Source: an uncultured delta proteobacterium
GTDB lineage: Bacteria > Myxococcota_A > Polyangia > Fen-1088
Assembly (NCBI GenBank): GCA_963767925.1
Contig: CAVYGB010000008.1
Coordinates: forward strand, 320,001-384,000
Length of the DNA: 64,000 nucleotides
Direction of reading: 5' to 3'
The position numbers and the translations under genes were made by a program. The notes beneath the pieces were generated by a model. It made no database searches. It was not told the DNA's origin and saw only the letters and a list, made by a program, of their open reading frames with translations. Positions 31,208-44,899 of the stretch are shown piece after piece. Positions within the stretch are counted from its first letter, which is position 1; each line of letters opens with the position of its first letter.

Positions 31208-33580
31208 ATGCACCGGCGAGGCAAGGCGGCGTGGGCGGCGGTTCTCGTGCTGGTCCCCACCCTCTGCCTCCCGGTCCGCGCCGGCGCCGACCAGCAGCCC
31301 GAGCCGGAGCTCTCGCCGGCCGAGCTGGGGGAGCCGGTGCTGCCGGGAGATCCGGGCGCCGACGAGGAGGCGGAGACCATCTCCCTCGAGGACCTGCTCA
31401 ACGCCACCGTGTCGACCGCCACCAAGTCGGTCCTCACCCTCGAGCAGACCCCCTCCATCGTCAGCGTGTTCCGGCGGGACGACATCGAACGGCTGGGGGC
31501 GCGCCAGCTCATCGATCTCCTGCGGTTCGTCCCGGGCTTCCTCGAGGTCTCCTCGCAGATCGAGCGCAACGTCGCCATCCGGGGGGTCCACGCCTCGTCC
31601 ACCTACCACTTCGTGATCCTGCTCGACGGCCTGCCGATGAACGACTTCCTGTTCGGCAGCAGCTCGCCCGAGAGCTTCAGCCTGGAATACGCCGAGCGGG
31701 TGGAGGTCATCCGCGGGCCGGGCTCGGCGATCTACGGGGCCAACGCCCTCATGGCGGTGGTCAACATCATCACCCGGCGGATCGACGCCGGGACCCGGGC
31801 CCGGGTGGGGGTGATGGCCGGTGACTGGGGCCAGCTCCGGGCCGACCTGACCTTCTCTTCCTCGCTGGGAGGGGATCGGGGGGTGGTGGGATCGGCCACC
31901 TTCTGGCGCCAGGGTGGCACCCGTTTTCTCCTCACGCCGGCCGAGGACATCCTCACCCCCGCCTCCGGTCAGAACACCTCCGACGGGATCCAGCCCGGCG
32001 AGAACCTCACCGCGCCCTTCTCCGGGGCCAAGGCAGGGGTCAACGGCTACGGGCCCAGCTACAACATCTTCTTCAAGTACCAGCACGACGACGGGTCGGC
32101 GGTGCGCCTGCTGGCCGTCCGCAACGATCTGACCTTGCAGCGCACCCACCGACAGTCCTTCTTCGTCGACCAGCCCCAGACCCAGCGCCCACAATACGTC
32201 AGCGAGCGGTTCGTGCTCGACGTCGAGAAGCGCTGGGGCCGCACCGACCGATCCGGGCAGCTCACCCTGCGCCCGGCGCTGCTGCTATTCGGCCACGAGA
32301 TGCGCTCGCAGGCCATCATGCCCCAGTTTTACCCGGCCGCCTCGGGCGAGGGCGCGCCGGTCATCTACGCCTGGTCGGGCAAGGACCTGCGGCTCCTGCC
32401 CACGGTCGAATACGCCGTCGAGGCCGAGAGCGGCGGCTTCTTCCGGCAGACCAACTTCGTGGTGGGGGTCCAGGCGGAGTACGACATCGCCTCGAGCTAC
32501 CGGACCAATCAGTGTTTCCTGGACGCCGACGGACGCTTCCAGCCCAGCGTCTACGTCAGCGGCGCCGCCGACCTGTTCTGTGTCGAGGCCTTCATGCTGC
32601 GCGAGGGGGTCACGGTCGACCCCTTCGGCACCGTGCGCGAGACCGGGGCGAGCCGCTTCGGGGACGGCGACGAGCTGCGGCTGGGCGGGTTCTTCCAGCT
32701 CACGACCTTCTTGCCCCACGAGGTCGGCCTCGTTGTCGGCGGGCGCGTCGACTACAACGTCACCTACGCCCCCCAGCTCAGCCCCCGGGTCGCCCTGGTG
32801 GCCCCCTTCCAGGCTGGCTTCTACTCCAAGCTCCAGTTCTCCTCGGGGTTCGTCTATCCCGCCTTCCTCTACCGCAACGGCAACTCGCTGTCCGACTACC
32901 AGGGCAACCCCGACATCAAGCCCCAGTCCATCCGGGCGGTCGAGGCCCTGCTGGGCTGGAAGAACGAGACCCTGCGGGCCGAGCTCAACGGCTACTACAA
33001 CGACGTCCGCGGCTTCATCACCTTCGACCTGCCTCGCAACGCCCGCTCGGGGCAATACCAGTTCTCCAACCAGGGCGATCTCCAGGTCGTCGGCCTGGAG
33101 GCCAGCACCAAGCTGCGCCTGGCGAGCGGCCGGCTCTCCCTCGATCTCCAGGGGTCGCTGGCCCGGCCGCTGGCCAGCACGAGCCCGGGCTTCCTGGTGG
33201 ACGGGCAGCTCGGGGGCCCCACCAAATATCCGGAGCTGCTGGGGATGGCGGTGCTGTCGGTCTCTCCCACGCCCGGGCTGCGCCTCACCATCGACGGCAG
33301 CCTCAGCTCGCCCATCAAGCAAACCATCGCTCCCGAGGCGCGGTTCATGGGAATCGCCGCCACCGACGGCCTCACCTACGACACCTTGTCGCCCGACGCC
33401 TTCGACACGCGAGAGATGAATCTGGGCGCCTCGGCCTCCTATGCCTTCGGCGACGGCTGGCGGGTGGAGGCCACCGCCACGAACCTCCTCAACCGCCGCT
33501 CCTACCGGCCCGGCTCGGTGCTGATCCCCTACCTGGCCGAGGGCCGGCGCCTGAACGCCGGTCTCTCGGTGGCGTTCTGA
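31208..33580 (+). CDS. TonB-dependent receptor
   Basis: Signal peptide, SLEDLLNATVSTATK, plug motif ERVEVIRGPGSAIYGANA..VVNIIT, C-terminal NLLNR...GRR..GLSVAF ending in Phe. Confidence 0.9.
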   Translation: MHRRGKAAWAAVLVLVPTLCLPVRAGADQQPEPELSPAELGEPVLPGDPGADEEAETISLEDLLNATVSTATKSVLTLEQTPSIVSVFRRDDIERLGARQLIDLLRFVPGFLEVSSQIERNVAIRGVHASSTYHFVILLDGLPMNDFLFGSSSPESFSLEYAERVEVIRGPGSAIYGANALMAVVNIITRRIDAGTRARVGVMAGDWGQLRADLTFSSSLGGDRGVVGSATFWRQGGTRFLLTPAEDILTPASGQNTSDGIQPGENLTAPFSGAKAGVNGYGPSYNIFFKYQHDDGSAVRLLAVRNDLTLQRTHRQSFFVDQPQTQRPQYVSERFVLDVEKRWGRTDRSGQLTLRPALLLFGHEMRSQAIMPQFYPAASGEGAPVIYAWSGKDLRLLPTVEYAVEAESGGFFRQTNFVVGVQAEYDIASSYRTNQCFLDADGRFQPSVYVSGAADLFCVEAFMLREGVTVDPFGTVRETGASRFGDGDELRLGGFFQLTTFLPHEVGLVVGGRVDYNVTYAPQLSPRVALVAPFQAGFYSKLQFSSGFVYPAFLYRNGNSLSDYQGNPDIKPQSIRAVEALLGWKNETLRAELNGYYNDVRGFITFDLPRNARSGQYQFSNQGDLQVVGLEASTKLRLASGRLSLDLQGSLARPLASTSPGFLVDGQLGGPTKYPELLGMAVLSVSPTPGLRLTIDGSLSSPIKQTIAPEARFMGIAATDGLTYDTLSPDAFDTREMNLGASASYAFGDGWRVEATATNLLNRRSYRPGSVLIPYLAEGRRLNAGLSVAF

Positions 33581-34244
33581 GCGCCCGGGTCGCGCCCCCC
33601 GCGGGCACGGTGCGGCCGGGGCGGCGCCAGGACGCGGCGATCGGCGCGGCGGGTGGTCTTCGGTTTTTCCCCGGAGAGCTTCCGTCGATCGCGGCCCCGC
33701 CCATGGCGTGAGGACGCCGAGCCTCGGATGCGGCAACCACCGGCCGATCGGACGCGCTTCTTGCGGCGGTCTCTGGCCATCTCCGCATCGATTTTCGTCC
33801 AGGAGCTTGCTGGCTGGCAACCATCCCCGCGCGAGAAGCCGGGCAAATTCCGCTCTGCGGACGAAAGCTCGATGTCGGCGAATGTCCGTTGATGCGGAGG
33901 GGCGCAGGGCGGCGGCGCCACGTCACTCTGTTCGTTCACGGCGCAGCGGAGCGGCGGCGGCTGCTCGCCCCCAGGAAGATCGCGTGCGCCGGCGGGCGAG
34001 TAGCGCGCTTGCGTGGTGTGCCTCCCACATGCTCGCCGATGCCTCGGCGTGTGTCCTTTTGTCCCACCTGAGGGGCCGGTCGGGGACATTGGAATCGTCC
34101 ATGCCCACTATGCCCGCGGCAGCTACATTTGAGGGGGTATCCCCCGATGCCTGGATCTTTGCCTGAAATGTGGTTCGTGCAGCACGCGCTCGACAAAGCT
34201 CGAGGTCGCGCGATCGCCGCCGGTGAAAGCCGGAGGGGCGGGCG

Positions 34245-36617
34245 GTGAGCGAGGCGCGTTTCGGAAAGTTCGAGGTGGTCGGCTTCCTCGGTCGCGGGGG
34301 GATGGCCGAGGTGTTCCTCTGCCGGCTGGGTGGGCTGGGCGGCTTCAACAAGGAGGTCGTGGTCAAGCGCATCCTGCCCGAGCGGGTGGCCGACCCCTCC
34401 TTCCTGCGCATGTTCCTCGACGAGGCCCGGGTGGCGGCCAACCTCAACCACCCGAACATCGTCCAGGTCTTCGAGATCAACGAGGCGGAGGGGCTGCCCT
34501 ACATCGCCATGGAGTACGTCCGGGGCCCCACCTTCTCGACGGTCATCCGCGAGACGGTGCGGACCCAGCAGCTCCACTTCGGCCACGTGGCCAAGATCCT
34601 GGCCGGCGTCTGCGAGGGGCTGCAGCACGCCCACAGCGCGCTCGGGCCCAACCGCGAGCCCCTGGGGCTGGTCCACCGCGACGTCAGCCCCCAGAACATC
34701 ATCGTCTCGCCCGAGGGGGTGCCCAAGCTGCTCGACTTCGGGGTGGCCAAGGCCCGCGGTCGCCTGACCACCACCGAGGCGGGCACCCTCAAGGGCAAGC
34801 TCCGCTACATGGCGCCCGAGCAGATCCAGCAGGGCGCGCTCGACCACAGGGCCGACGTGTTCAGCGTGGGGGTCTTGCTGTGCGAGGCCACCACCGGCCG
34901 CAACCCCTTCGGGGCCAAGCAGGTCACCGAGGTCCAGCTCTTCAAGAACATCGTCAACGGCACCTACGCCCGGCCCTCGGAGCTGGCCAGCAACTACCCC
35001 GAGCAGCTCGAGCGGATCGTCCTGTGGGCCATCGAGCCGGACGTCGATAGACGCTGTCCGAGCGCGGAGGCCCTGCACGAGGCCCTCGAGGACTTCGTCT
35101 CGTCCGGCCCCTACGCCTCCAACCAGCGGGCGGTGGCGGCCTGGATGACCGAGCACGTGGCTCCGAAGTTCTTCAGCGTGCCGATGCCCCCCGACCAGCA
35201 CGGCCGCTTCCGGGCCAGCACCCCGGTGGCGGCGCGGACGCCGTCCTCCTTGCCGGGTGGGACGGCGCTGGGCTGGGGATCTCCCGGGGGGGCCTCTCTC
35301 GAAGGTTCGCGGGGATCGGGAGGCGGGTCGGGGGGCATGGCCGGACCAACCGGCGTCACCCTCGGTCCGCCACAACGGGGCGGGCGGCTGCTGTTCGCGG
35401 TGGGTGGGGTGGCGGCGCTGGCGGCGGCCGCGGTGGTGGTGTTGGTCCCGGCCCGGCGAGCGCCCGGGCCCGAAGTGCCGGCGATCGTCCGCCCGGCTCC
35501 CGAGAAGCCGGCCTTCTCGCCGGACGAGGCCGGGCGGGCCTACCTGGAAGAGGCGGAACGTTACGCCCGCAGCGGTCGGCTGGCCCCCGCCGCCGACGTG
35601 CTGGCCAAGGCGCGCGAGCTGCGGATCGGCGATCCCGCGCTCAACATCCGCCTGCTGCGGCTGCGCGAGGAGGTCGAGACCGCGGCCGCCCTGCGCAAGG
35701 CCCAGAGCCTGGTGGAGGCGGGCGAGACCGCGCAGGCCGCCGAGATGGCCAAGCAGCTCCTCGATCGCGATCCCAACAACACCGGCGCCACCGAGCTGCT
35801 GGCCGCCGTCCGCCGCACGCGGGCGCCCCGGCCGGCGGCCCCGGCCGAGCCGCCCCCGGTGGCGCGTGTCGCCCGGGCGGCGGTCCGCGACGGCGTGCTG
35901 ACGGTCAGCTCGAATCCGCCGGGGATGGTCTACCTCGACGACGATCCCATCGGCCGGGCCCCCCTTCACCGGCGGGCGGTGGCCCCCGGCACCTACACCT
36001 TGCAGGTGCGAGCGCCCGGGCACCGCCCCTACGAGAAGTCGATCCGGGTGGCGGCCGGCCGGGAGGTGGCGATGGTGGTGCCGCTCGTCTCCGAGCCCGC
36101 CGCTCCGCCCCCCGCGTCCCGCCTGCCTCCCGCCATGGCCGCGGTGGCGTCCCCCAGCGAGACGCCGGCCCCGCCCGCGCCTCCCGCTCCGGCGGCCTCC
36201 GAGCCAGCCGCGGTGGCCAGCGTGCCGAAGGCGCCCCCGGCCGAGCCGATGGCCCGCCCCTCCGGGCCGGTTGTGTCGGCGCGCCCCAAGGATCGGGTCC
36301 CGGTGCCCCGGCTGCCGCGGACCCACGAGGCCCGCGACGGCGCCAATCTGGCCCGCCTGCTCGGCCAGGTCGAGAACGAGACGGTGGCGCTGGCCGGGGT
36401 GAGCAAGGAGTTCGCCCTGGGCGTGACCGGGCCGCTGCGCCGGGCGCTCGAGGCGCGCCGGCAGCTGGTCACCTATCCGGTCGGCGTGTATTACTTCATC
36501 GTCAGCGAGGCCGCCCGGGGCCACGACAAGCAGACCGCCGCCCGCAACCTGGTCACGAACCACGAGAACGAGGGCATCCGCAAGCTCAGCGCCCTGCCGG
36601 CGCGTGATCGTCGATAG
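34245..36617 (+). CDS. Membrane-anchored Hanks-type Ser/Thr kinase with TPR-like and PEGA regions
   Basis: LGRGGMAEV, VVKR, HRDVSPQN, DFG, YMAPE, DVFSVG. Central TM helix. PEGA-like LTVSSNPPGMVYLD..IGRAP. Confidence 0.92.
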   Translation: MSEARFGKFEVVGFLGRGGMAEVFLCRLGGLGGFNKEVVVKRILPERVADPSFLRMFLDEARVAANLNHPNIVQVFEINEAEGLPYIAMEYVRGPTFSTVIRETVRTQQLHFGHVAKILAGVCEGLQHAHSALGPNREPLGLVHRDVSPQNIIVSPEGVPKLLDFGVAKARGRLTTTEAGTLKGKLRYMAPEQIQQGALDHRADVFSVGVLLCEATTGRNPFGAKQVTEVQLFKNIVNGTYARPSELASNYPEQLERIVLWAIEPDVDRRCPSAEALHEALEDFVSSGPYASNQRAVAAWMTEHVAPKFFSVPMPPDQHGRFRASTPVAARTPSSLPGGTALGWGSPGGASLEGSRGSGGGSGGMAGPTGVTLGPPQRGGRLLFAVGGVAALAAAAVVVLVPARRAPGPEVPAIVRPAPEKPAFSPDEAGRAYLEEAERYARSGRLAPAADVLAKARELRIGDPALNIRLLRLREEVETAAALRKAQSLVEAGETAQAAEMAKQLLDRDPNNTGATELLAAVRRTRAPRPAAPAEPPPVARVARAAVRDGVLTVSSNPPGMVYLDDDPIGRAPLHRRAVAPGTYTLQVRAPGHRPYEKSIRVAAGREVAMVVPLVSEPAAPPPASRLPPAMAAVASPSETPAPPAPPAPAASEPAAVASVPKAPPAEPMARPSGPVVSARPKDRVPVPRLPRTHEARDGANLARLLGQVENETVALAGVSKEFALGVTGPLRRALEARRQLVTYPVGVYYFIVSEAARGHDKQTAARNLVTNHENEGIRKLSALPARDRR

Positions 36618-36661
36618 CGCCCGTCGATAGTGTCCGAGAAATGTCAGCCTCCCGTTGTCCA

Positions 36662-36710
36662 TTCGCCCTCGCCCCGCGTCTGCGCGGGGGGAGGGGTGAG
36701 GGGTCTCCGG
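36662..36710 (+). repeat. REP-like extragenic palindromic element, copy 1
   Basis: ttcgccctcgccccgcg-tctg-cgcggggggaggggtgaggggtctccgg, nearly identical to 50358-50412. Confidence 0.7.
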
Positions 36711-36889
36711 GTCTCCTCCCCCGCGGGGCGCGGGCCATTCTGCCGGTAGCGCCGGTCGCCAACCGGTCCCGACCAGGGCCTCGGCCCGGGTATGACGTCG
36801 GACGGCCCGCACCTCGGAGCACCCGGGCCGCACCTGTGCGACCTGCCGCGGCCGTCGCTAAGTACGGGGCATTTCGGTAAAATATCGGC

Positions 36890-38709
36890 GTGCTGGGCGG
36901 CTGGTGGAGGCGCGGCGGGGCCGGGATGGTGGCGCTCCTCGTGATGGGGGCGGGCGCGCGCGCCCGGGGCGAGGCGCCGGATCCGCTGGCCGGATACCTC
37001 GCCGATCTCGAGCGGTCGCGGCGGCTGCCCCCCGAGACGGCGTCGCTCGAGCGGCTGCGGGAGGTGCTGGCCGACTCGGAGGAGCGGCTGGTGCGCGGCG
37101 ACGCCCGGGCCGCGGCCGCCGGGCTGTTCGCCCTGGTCGAGTCGCCCCGCTACCAGCCGTTCGCCAGCACGGTGCCCTACCAGAGCGCCGAGCTGCTGCT
37201 CGGTCGGGCCCTGGTGCGCGGGGGCGCCCAGCTCTCGGCCGAGCGCTACCTGTTCCGGCTGCTGCGGCGGGGCGCCTCGGGCCCCTTCTTCGTGCCGGCC
37301 CACCGGGCGCTGGTGGACGTGGCCCTCGAGGCGCGGCAGTACGAACGGTTGCTGGCCGTCCTGGAGTCCGTCGACCTAGGCGGTCAGCCCGTCCCCGAGG
37401 ACAGCGCCGCCGAGCGGGAATACCTGCGCGGGCGGGTCCACTACCAGGCCGGCGATCTCGACCGGGCCGCCACCGCGTTCGCCCGGGTCGGGCGCACCTC
37501 CCGCCTGGCCGCCTCGGCGATCTACTTCCGGGGCCTCATCGCGGCCCGCCGGGGCGCTTACGCCGACGCCCGGGGATCGTTCTGCCAGATCCTCCCGAGC
37601 GAGCGGGGCGCGGTCCTGGCCTTCAACATCGACGGCCGCTACTTCCAGCTCCAGGATCTGGCCCGGCTCGCCCTCGGTCGCATCGCCCACGAGCAGGGCC
37701 GCTTCGACGAGGCCTACTACTACTACTTCTCGGTCCCGGAGGACTCCGAGCGGCTGGCCGAGGCCCTGTTCGAGGCGGCCTGGTCGATGTACCAGAAGGG
37801 GGAGGTGCGGGCGGCCCGGGCCTTCGTCGAGGCCTTCGATGGCGCCTTCCCCGACTCGGCCTTGCGGGCGGAGGTGGCGCTCCTGCGGGCCAACATCGCC
37901 CTGCGCTCTTGCGCCTTCGACCAGGCGCGCGCGGAGGCTTCGGCGCTGGTGGCCACCTATGGCCCCCTGCAGAAGCTGGCCGCCCGGGCCGCCGCCGATC
38001 CGGCCCGGGCCCGGGCGCTCGTCGCCCGCCTGCTCGCCCGCGACGTCCGGCTGGCCCCGGCCAGCGATCCGGAGGGGCGCCTGCTCAGCCTGCTCGAGCT
38101 CGACGCCCGCTTCTTCGCCCTGACCGGCCTGCTGGCGGAGATCGACGCCGACCTGGGCGAGGCCCGCGAGGCGCTGGCCCGCTGGCGCGCCCTCGGGCAG
38201 CTCGTGGCGAGCGGCTCGTTGCACCGGGCGCCCGCCTCCCCCGAGGCGGCCCTGCTGCTCGAGGAGACCGAGGCCCTGCTGCCGCTGGCCGCCGGGGAGC
38301 CGGAGCTGCAGGATCGACTGGGCGACCTGCTGCTGCAGGCCTCGCTGGCGGCCCATCCCCCCCAGGGCGGCGGACCGTACGCCGGCGAGCAGGAGGCGGC
38401 CGCCCGGCTGCTGCGCGAGCTGGGGGCTCTGGGGAACGCCGTGCGCGAGGCACTCTACACCCTGGCCGCCCGGTCTCTGCAGGAGCTCGACGGGCGGCTC
38501 ACCAGCCTGTTCGGCAAGGTCCGCCTGACCCACATCGACGCGGTGGTGGGGCGCAAGAAGCGGCTCGAGGTCGAGATCGCCAACCTGCGCGCGGGCCGGC
38601 TGGGGGCCGACATCTACGGCAAGCTGAAGGCGGAAGGCACGCTGGGCGACGACGAGGAGTACTGGCCCTTCGAGGGCGAATATTGGGCCGACGAATACGA
38701 GAACTACCG

Positions 38710-38713
<4 letters not shown>
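36890..38713 (+). CDS. TPR protein, GltC/NfsC-like
   Basis: Signal peptide, TPR helices (LALGRIAHE, EALFEAAWS), C-terminal DEEYWPFEGEYWADE, which I recall as typical of GltC-family proteins. Confidence 0.7.
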
Positions 38714-41788
<3,075 letters not shown>

Positions 41789-41796
<8 letters not shown>

Positions 41797-42931
41797 TCCG
41801 CGGTGGGGCGGGGCGCTGGCCCTCCTCCTCCTGCTGGCGGGCTGTGGAGCCACCCGGGCCACCGACCCCGGCAAGGCCGCGGTCAAGCCTTTGCCCCCGG
41901 CCAAGCCCGAGGCCCTCGTGCACTTCGAGGAGGGGCTGGCCCAGCTCCAGCTCGGTCCCCGGGGTTACGAGGCCTCGCTGGCGGCGTTCCGGGAGGCCAC
42001 CCGCCTCGATCCCAAGCTGTTCGAGGCCTGGCACGACCTCGGCATCGTCAACGCCCGGCTGGTGCGCTGGGAGGCGGCGGCGGAGGCGCTCGGCAAGGCC
42101 CTGGCCCTGCAGCCCCGCTCGCGCCGCACGCTGATGGCCTACGCCGATGCCCTGTGCCGGACCGGGCGCCACGGGGACGCGGCCGAGCTGCTGGGCAAGC
42201 AGCTCACCGGCGAACGGCCGAGCGGCAAGGCGAACGACCGGGAAAAGGACAAGCAAGACAGCGAGGAGGTCGAGCTGCGCCTCCTCTACATCACGGCGCT
42301 GCGCGACGGCGGCAAGGCGCAGCGGGCGCTCGAGGAGGTGGAGGTGCTGCTCACCCGGGACAGCCGGAGCGCCCGCGGCTTCTCGGCCCTGGGGCTCATC
42401 TACTATCGCCTCGAGAAGCAGGCTCTGGCCGAGTCGGCGCTGCGGCGGGCGGCCGAGCTGGATCCGCGCAACGCCGAGGTCTGGAACAACCTGGGGCTCG
42501 TCGCGCTGGCCCGGGGGCGGGACCGGGAGGCCTTCGCCGCCTTCGACAAGGCCGCCGATCTCGATCCGGCGTCGCTGGCGCCGCTGCTCAACAAGGCGGC
42601 CGTCCTGCTGGATTGTGGCGACTACAAGCGGGCCCGCGACGAGCTGGAGCGGGCGGCCCGCCAGCACCCCGACGACGCCGAGCTGCAGGTCGCGCTCGGG
42701 GTGGCCTACCGGGGGCTCAAGGAGCACGATCGGGCCCGCCGGGCCTACGAACGCGCCCTGCAGCTCCGGCCGCAATACCCGGCGGCGCTGTTCAACCTGG
42801 GGGTCCTGTACATGGACTTTCTCTCCGACAAGGCCCGGGCCCGCGAGCACCTGACGCTGTACCAGAAGGTGACCGCGGGCAGCGACGCCCGCAGCAAGGA
42901 GGTCTTCGCCCGCCTGCGCGAGCTGAAGTAG
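41789..42931 (+). CDS. TPR lipoprotein, GltE(AglT)-like
   Basis: Lipobox LAGC, TPR repeats AWHDLG, VWNNLG, ALFNLGVLY. Confidence 0.75.
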
Positions 42932-43031
42932 CCCGCTGTAGCGGCAGCGGCGCCGGTGTGGGCCCGCCCGCCGCGGCGGCGGCCGTCGCTGCGAGGGCCC
43001 TTACTATCGGGTAACCTTTGCCAGGGCGAGC

Positions 43032-43464
43032 GATGATGGGTGCGGGCCTTGCGGGGAGGGTGTTCCTCGCCTTGTCTCTGGTGGTCTGGGCGGTCGCCGC
43101 CCCCGCCCTGGCCGAGCCGGGTCGGGGCAAGGCCAGCGCCCGCCGTGGCGCCGGCGTCGGCGCTGCCCGTCGGGTCCGGCAACCGCCGCCGCGGCGCCCG
43201 CCTCCACAACCCGCCGCTCCCGCCGCCAGCGGCGAGACCGAGGCCATCCGCGACGTCGCCGCGCCCGCCGCCCAGGCGGCCGGCACCCGGGTGAGCAAGC
43301 CACGCGTCTACACCTTCGGTGGCCTCGACGTGGAGGGCAAGCTGAAGGCGCCGCAGCTCCTCTACTTCCGCAGCCGCATGCGGCAGGAGCTCGACACCTC
43401 CAACTCCGAGAGCCGTTCCTTTCTGAAGGAGCTGGAGCGAACCGCCGACGAGAAGGGGCTGTGA
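43032..43464 (+). CDS. Small exported protein, GltF/CglF-like
   Basis: Signal peptide, low-complexity linker, C-terminal YTFGGLDVEGKLKAPQLLYF...SFLKEL. Lies between the TPR genes and the TonB-C gene. Confidence 0.62.
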
Positions 43465-43504
43465 ACCGGGCCGGCGGCGGCGGGCTTTCCCCTTCGAGCT
43501 GAAG

Positions 43505-44899
43505 ATGGCGCACGGACAGGCGTTGCAGGTCACGCACCTGTGGAGGGGTCAGATCCTGGCCTACCACCTGCTGGGCCCGCGCGGGCGCGTGACCATCGGC
43601 AACCGCAAAGGCGTGACCTTCGCGACCCCGCCGCTGCCGGGCTTTCCGGCCCGCTTCCTCCTCGTCACCCCGGTGCGCGACGGGTTCCGCCTGCGGCTCG
43701 GCCCGTGCATGTCGGGCGAGCTCACCTTGCGCCAGCAGGTCCGGACGGTGGGCGACATCCTGGCCCAGCCGGCCGTGCGCCGGTTCCTGCGCGACCCGGG
43801 GATGTTCCGCGAGGTGGAGCTCTATCCGGGGGACACCGCCGCCCTGAACCTGGGCGACGCCGGGGCGCTGCAGGTTCGGCTCTCGTATGCCGAGCCCCCC
43901 GAGCGGCTGCCGAAGCCCCCTTTCATCGGCGATAGGCTGCTGGTCCGCACCGCCGCCCTCACCGCCGGCATCACGCTGGCGGTGATGGCGATCGTCCGGA
44001 TCATCACCGCCGGCATGGCCACCCCGGGCGCCGAGATCACCCAGGAGCGCTTCACCAAGGTGGTGGCCCCGGCGCTCGATCGGCCGCCGCCGCCCCGCGC
44101 GGCCGAGGCCCGGCGCAAGGACGCCCTGGCCGACGAGGCCCGCCAGCGCAAGGAGCGGGAGGCGGCCGAGTCGAAGCGGGCCCGCGAGCGGGAGGGGCGG
44201 CTGGGGCGCGCCGACGCGCGGGCCAAAGAGACGGTGTTGCCGAAGGGGCGGGAGGACGTCTTGCGGGCCAAGGTGGCGAAGACCGGCCTGCTGGCCGCGC
44301 TCGGCACCGCCCGCGCGTCCGGCTCGGGGCTGGGCCGGCTGCTCGACAGCAACAACCGGGCGGACATGGACCAGGCCATGAACGGGCTGGCCGGGGCCAC
44401 GCTGGTTGCGGGGCGGGGCGAGGGGGGGCTGGGCTCAGCGGGGACCGGGCTCGGCGGCGGCGGGACCGGCTTCGGGCGCATCCAGGGCTCGGGCAACCTC
44501 GACGTGGGCGCTGCAAGAGGGCGGGGGCGCAAGGGGCCCGGCCTGGGCCGCGGGCGCGAAAAGGAGGTCCAGGTCGGGATGGAGACCGGCACCGCCGACG
44601 CCGAGGGGGGCCTCACCCGCGAGCAGATCAACCGGGTGGTCCGGGCGCACGCCGCTGCCATCCGCTACTGCTACGAGAAGGAGCTGCAGCGGCAGCCCGC
44701 CCTGTCGGGCAAGATCGAGCTGGCCTGGCTGATCCGCCCGAACGGCACCGTCGATCGGGCCCGCGTCGCCGCCACAACCATGAGGAGCCGGGCGGTGGAG
44801 GGGTGCATGGAGCGGCAGGTGAAGAACTGGCAGTTCCCTCGCTCGGACAGCGAGACAATCGTGCAGAGCTACCCCTTCTTCTTCAAGGGGGGCGGCTGA
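43505..44899 (+). CDS. AgmX/PglI (TonB C-terminal-like) domain protein, GltG-like
   Basis: Single TM helix, charged helix, Gly-rich linker, then INRVVR..IRYCYEKEL..LSGKI..W.I..G.V..CM..WQFP..YPF.F. Confidence 0.8.
   Translation: MAHGQALQVTHLWRGQILAYHLLGPRGRVTIGNRKGVTFATPPLPGFPARFLLVTPVRDGFRLRLGPCMSGELTLRQQVRTVGDILAQPAVRRFLRDPGMFREVELYPGDTAALNLGDAGALQVRLSYAEPPERLPKPPFIGDRLLVRTAALTAGITLAVMAIVRIITAGMATPGAEITQERFTKVVAPALDRPPPPRAAEARRKDALADEARQRKEREAAESKRAREREGRLGRADARAKETVLPKGREDVLRAKVAKTGLLAALGTARASGSGLGRLLDSNNRADMDQAMNGLAGATLVAGRGEGGLGSAGTGLGGGGTGFGRIQGSGNLDVGAARGRGRKGPGLGRGREKEVQVGMETGTADAEGGLTREQINRVVRAHAAAIRYCYEKELQRQPALSGKIELAWLIRPNGTVDRARVAATTMRSRAVEGCMERQVKNWQFPRSDSETIVQSYPFFFKGGG

Noticed and set aside
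33841..33900. Resemblance to a c-di-GMP-I riboswitch (GGGCAAA...GGACGAAAGC)
   Set aside because: No GNRA tetraloop, the GCAAAG core is imperfect, and I could not identify the second stem. Kept only as a generic structured-RNA candidate.
33581..34244. Short ORFs in the gap before the kinase
   Set aside because: No recognisable motifs or RBS, and several overlapping ORFs of equally poor quality.
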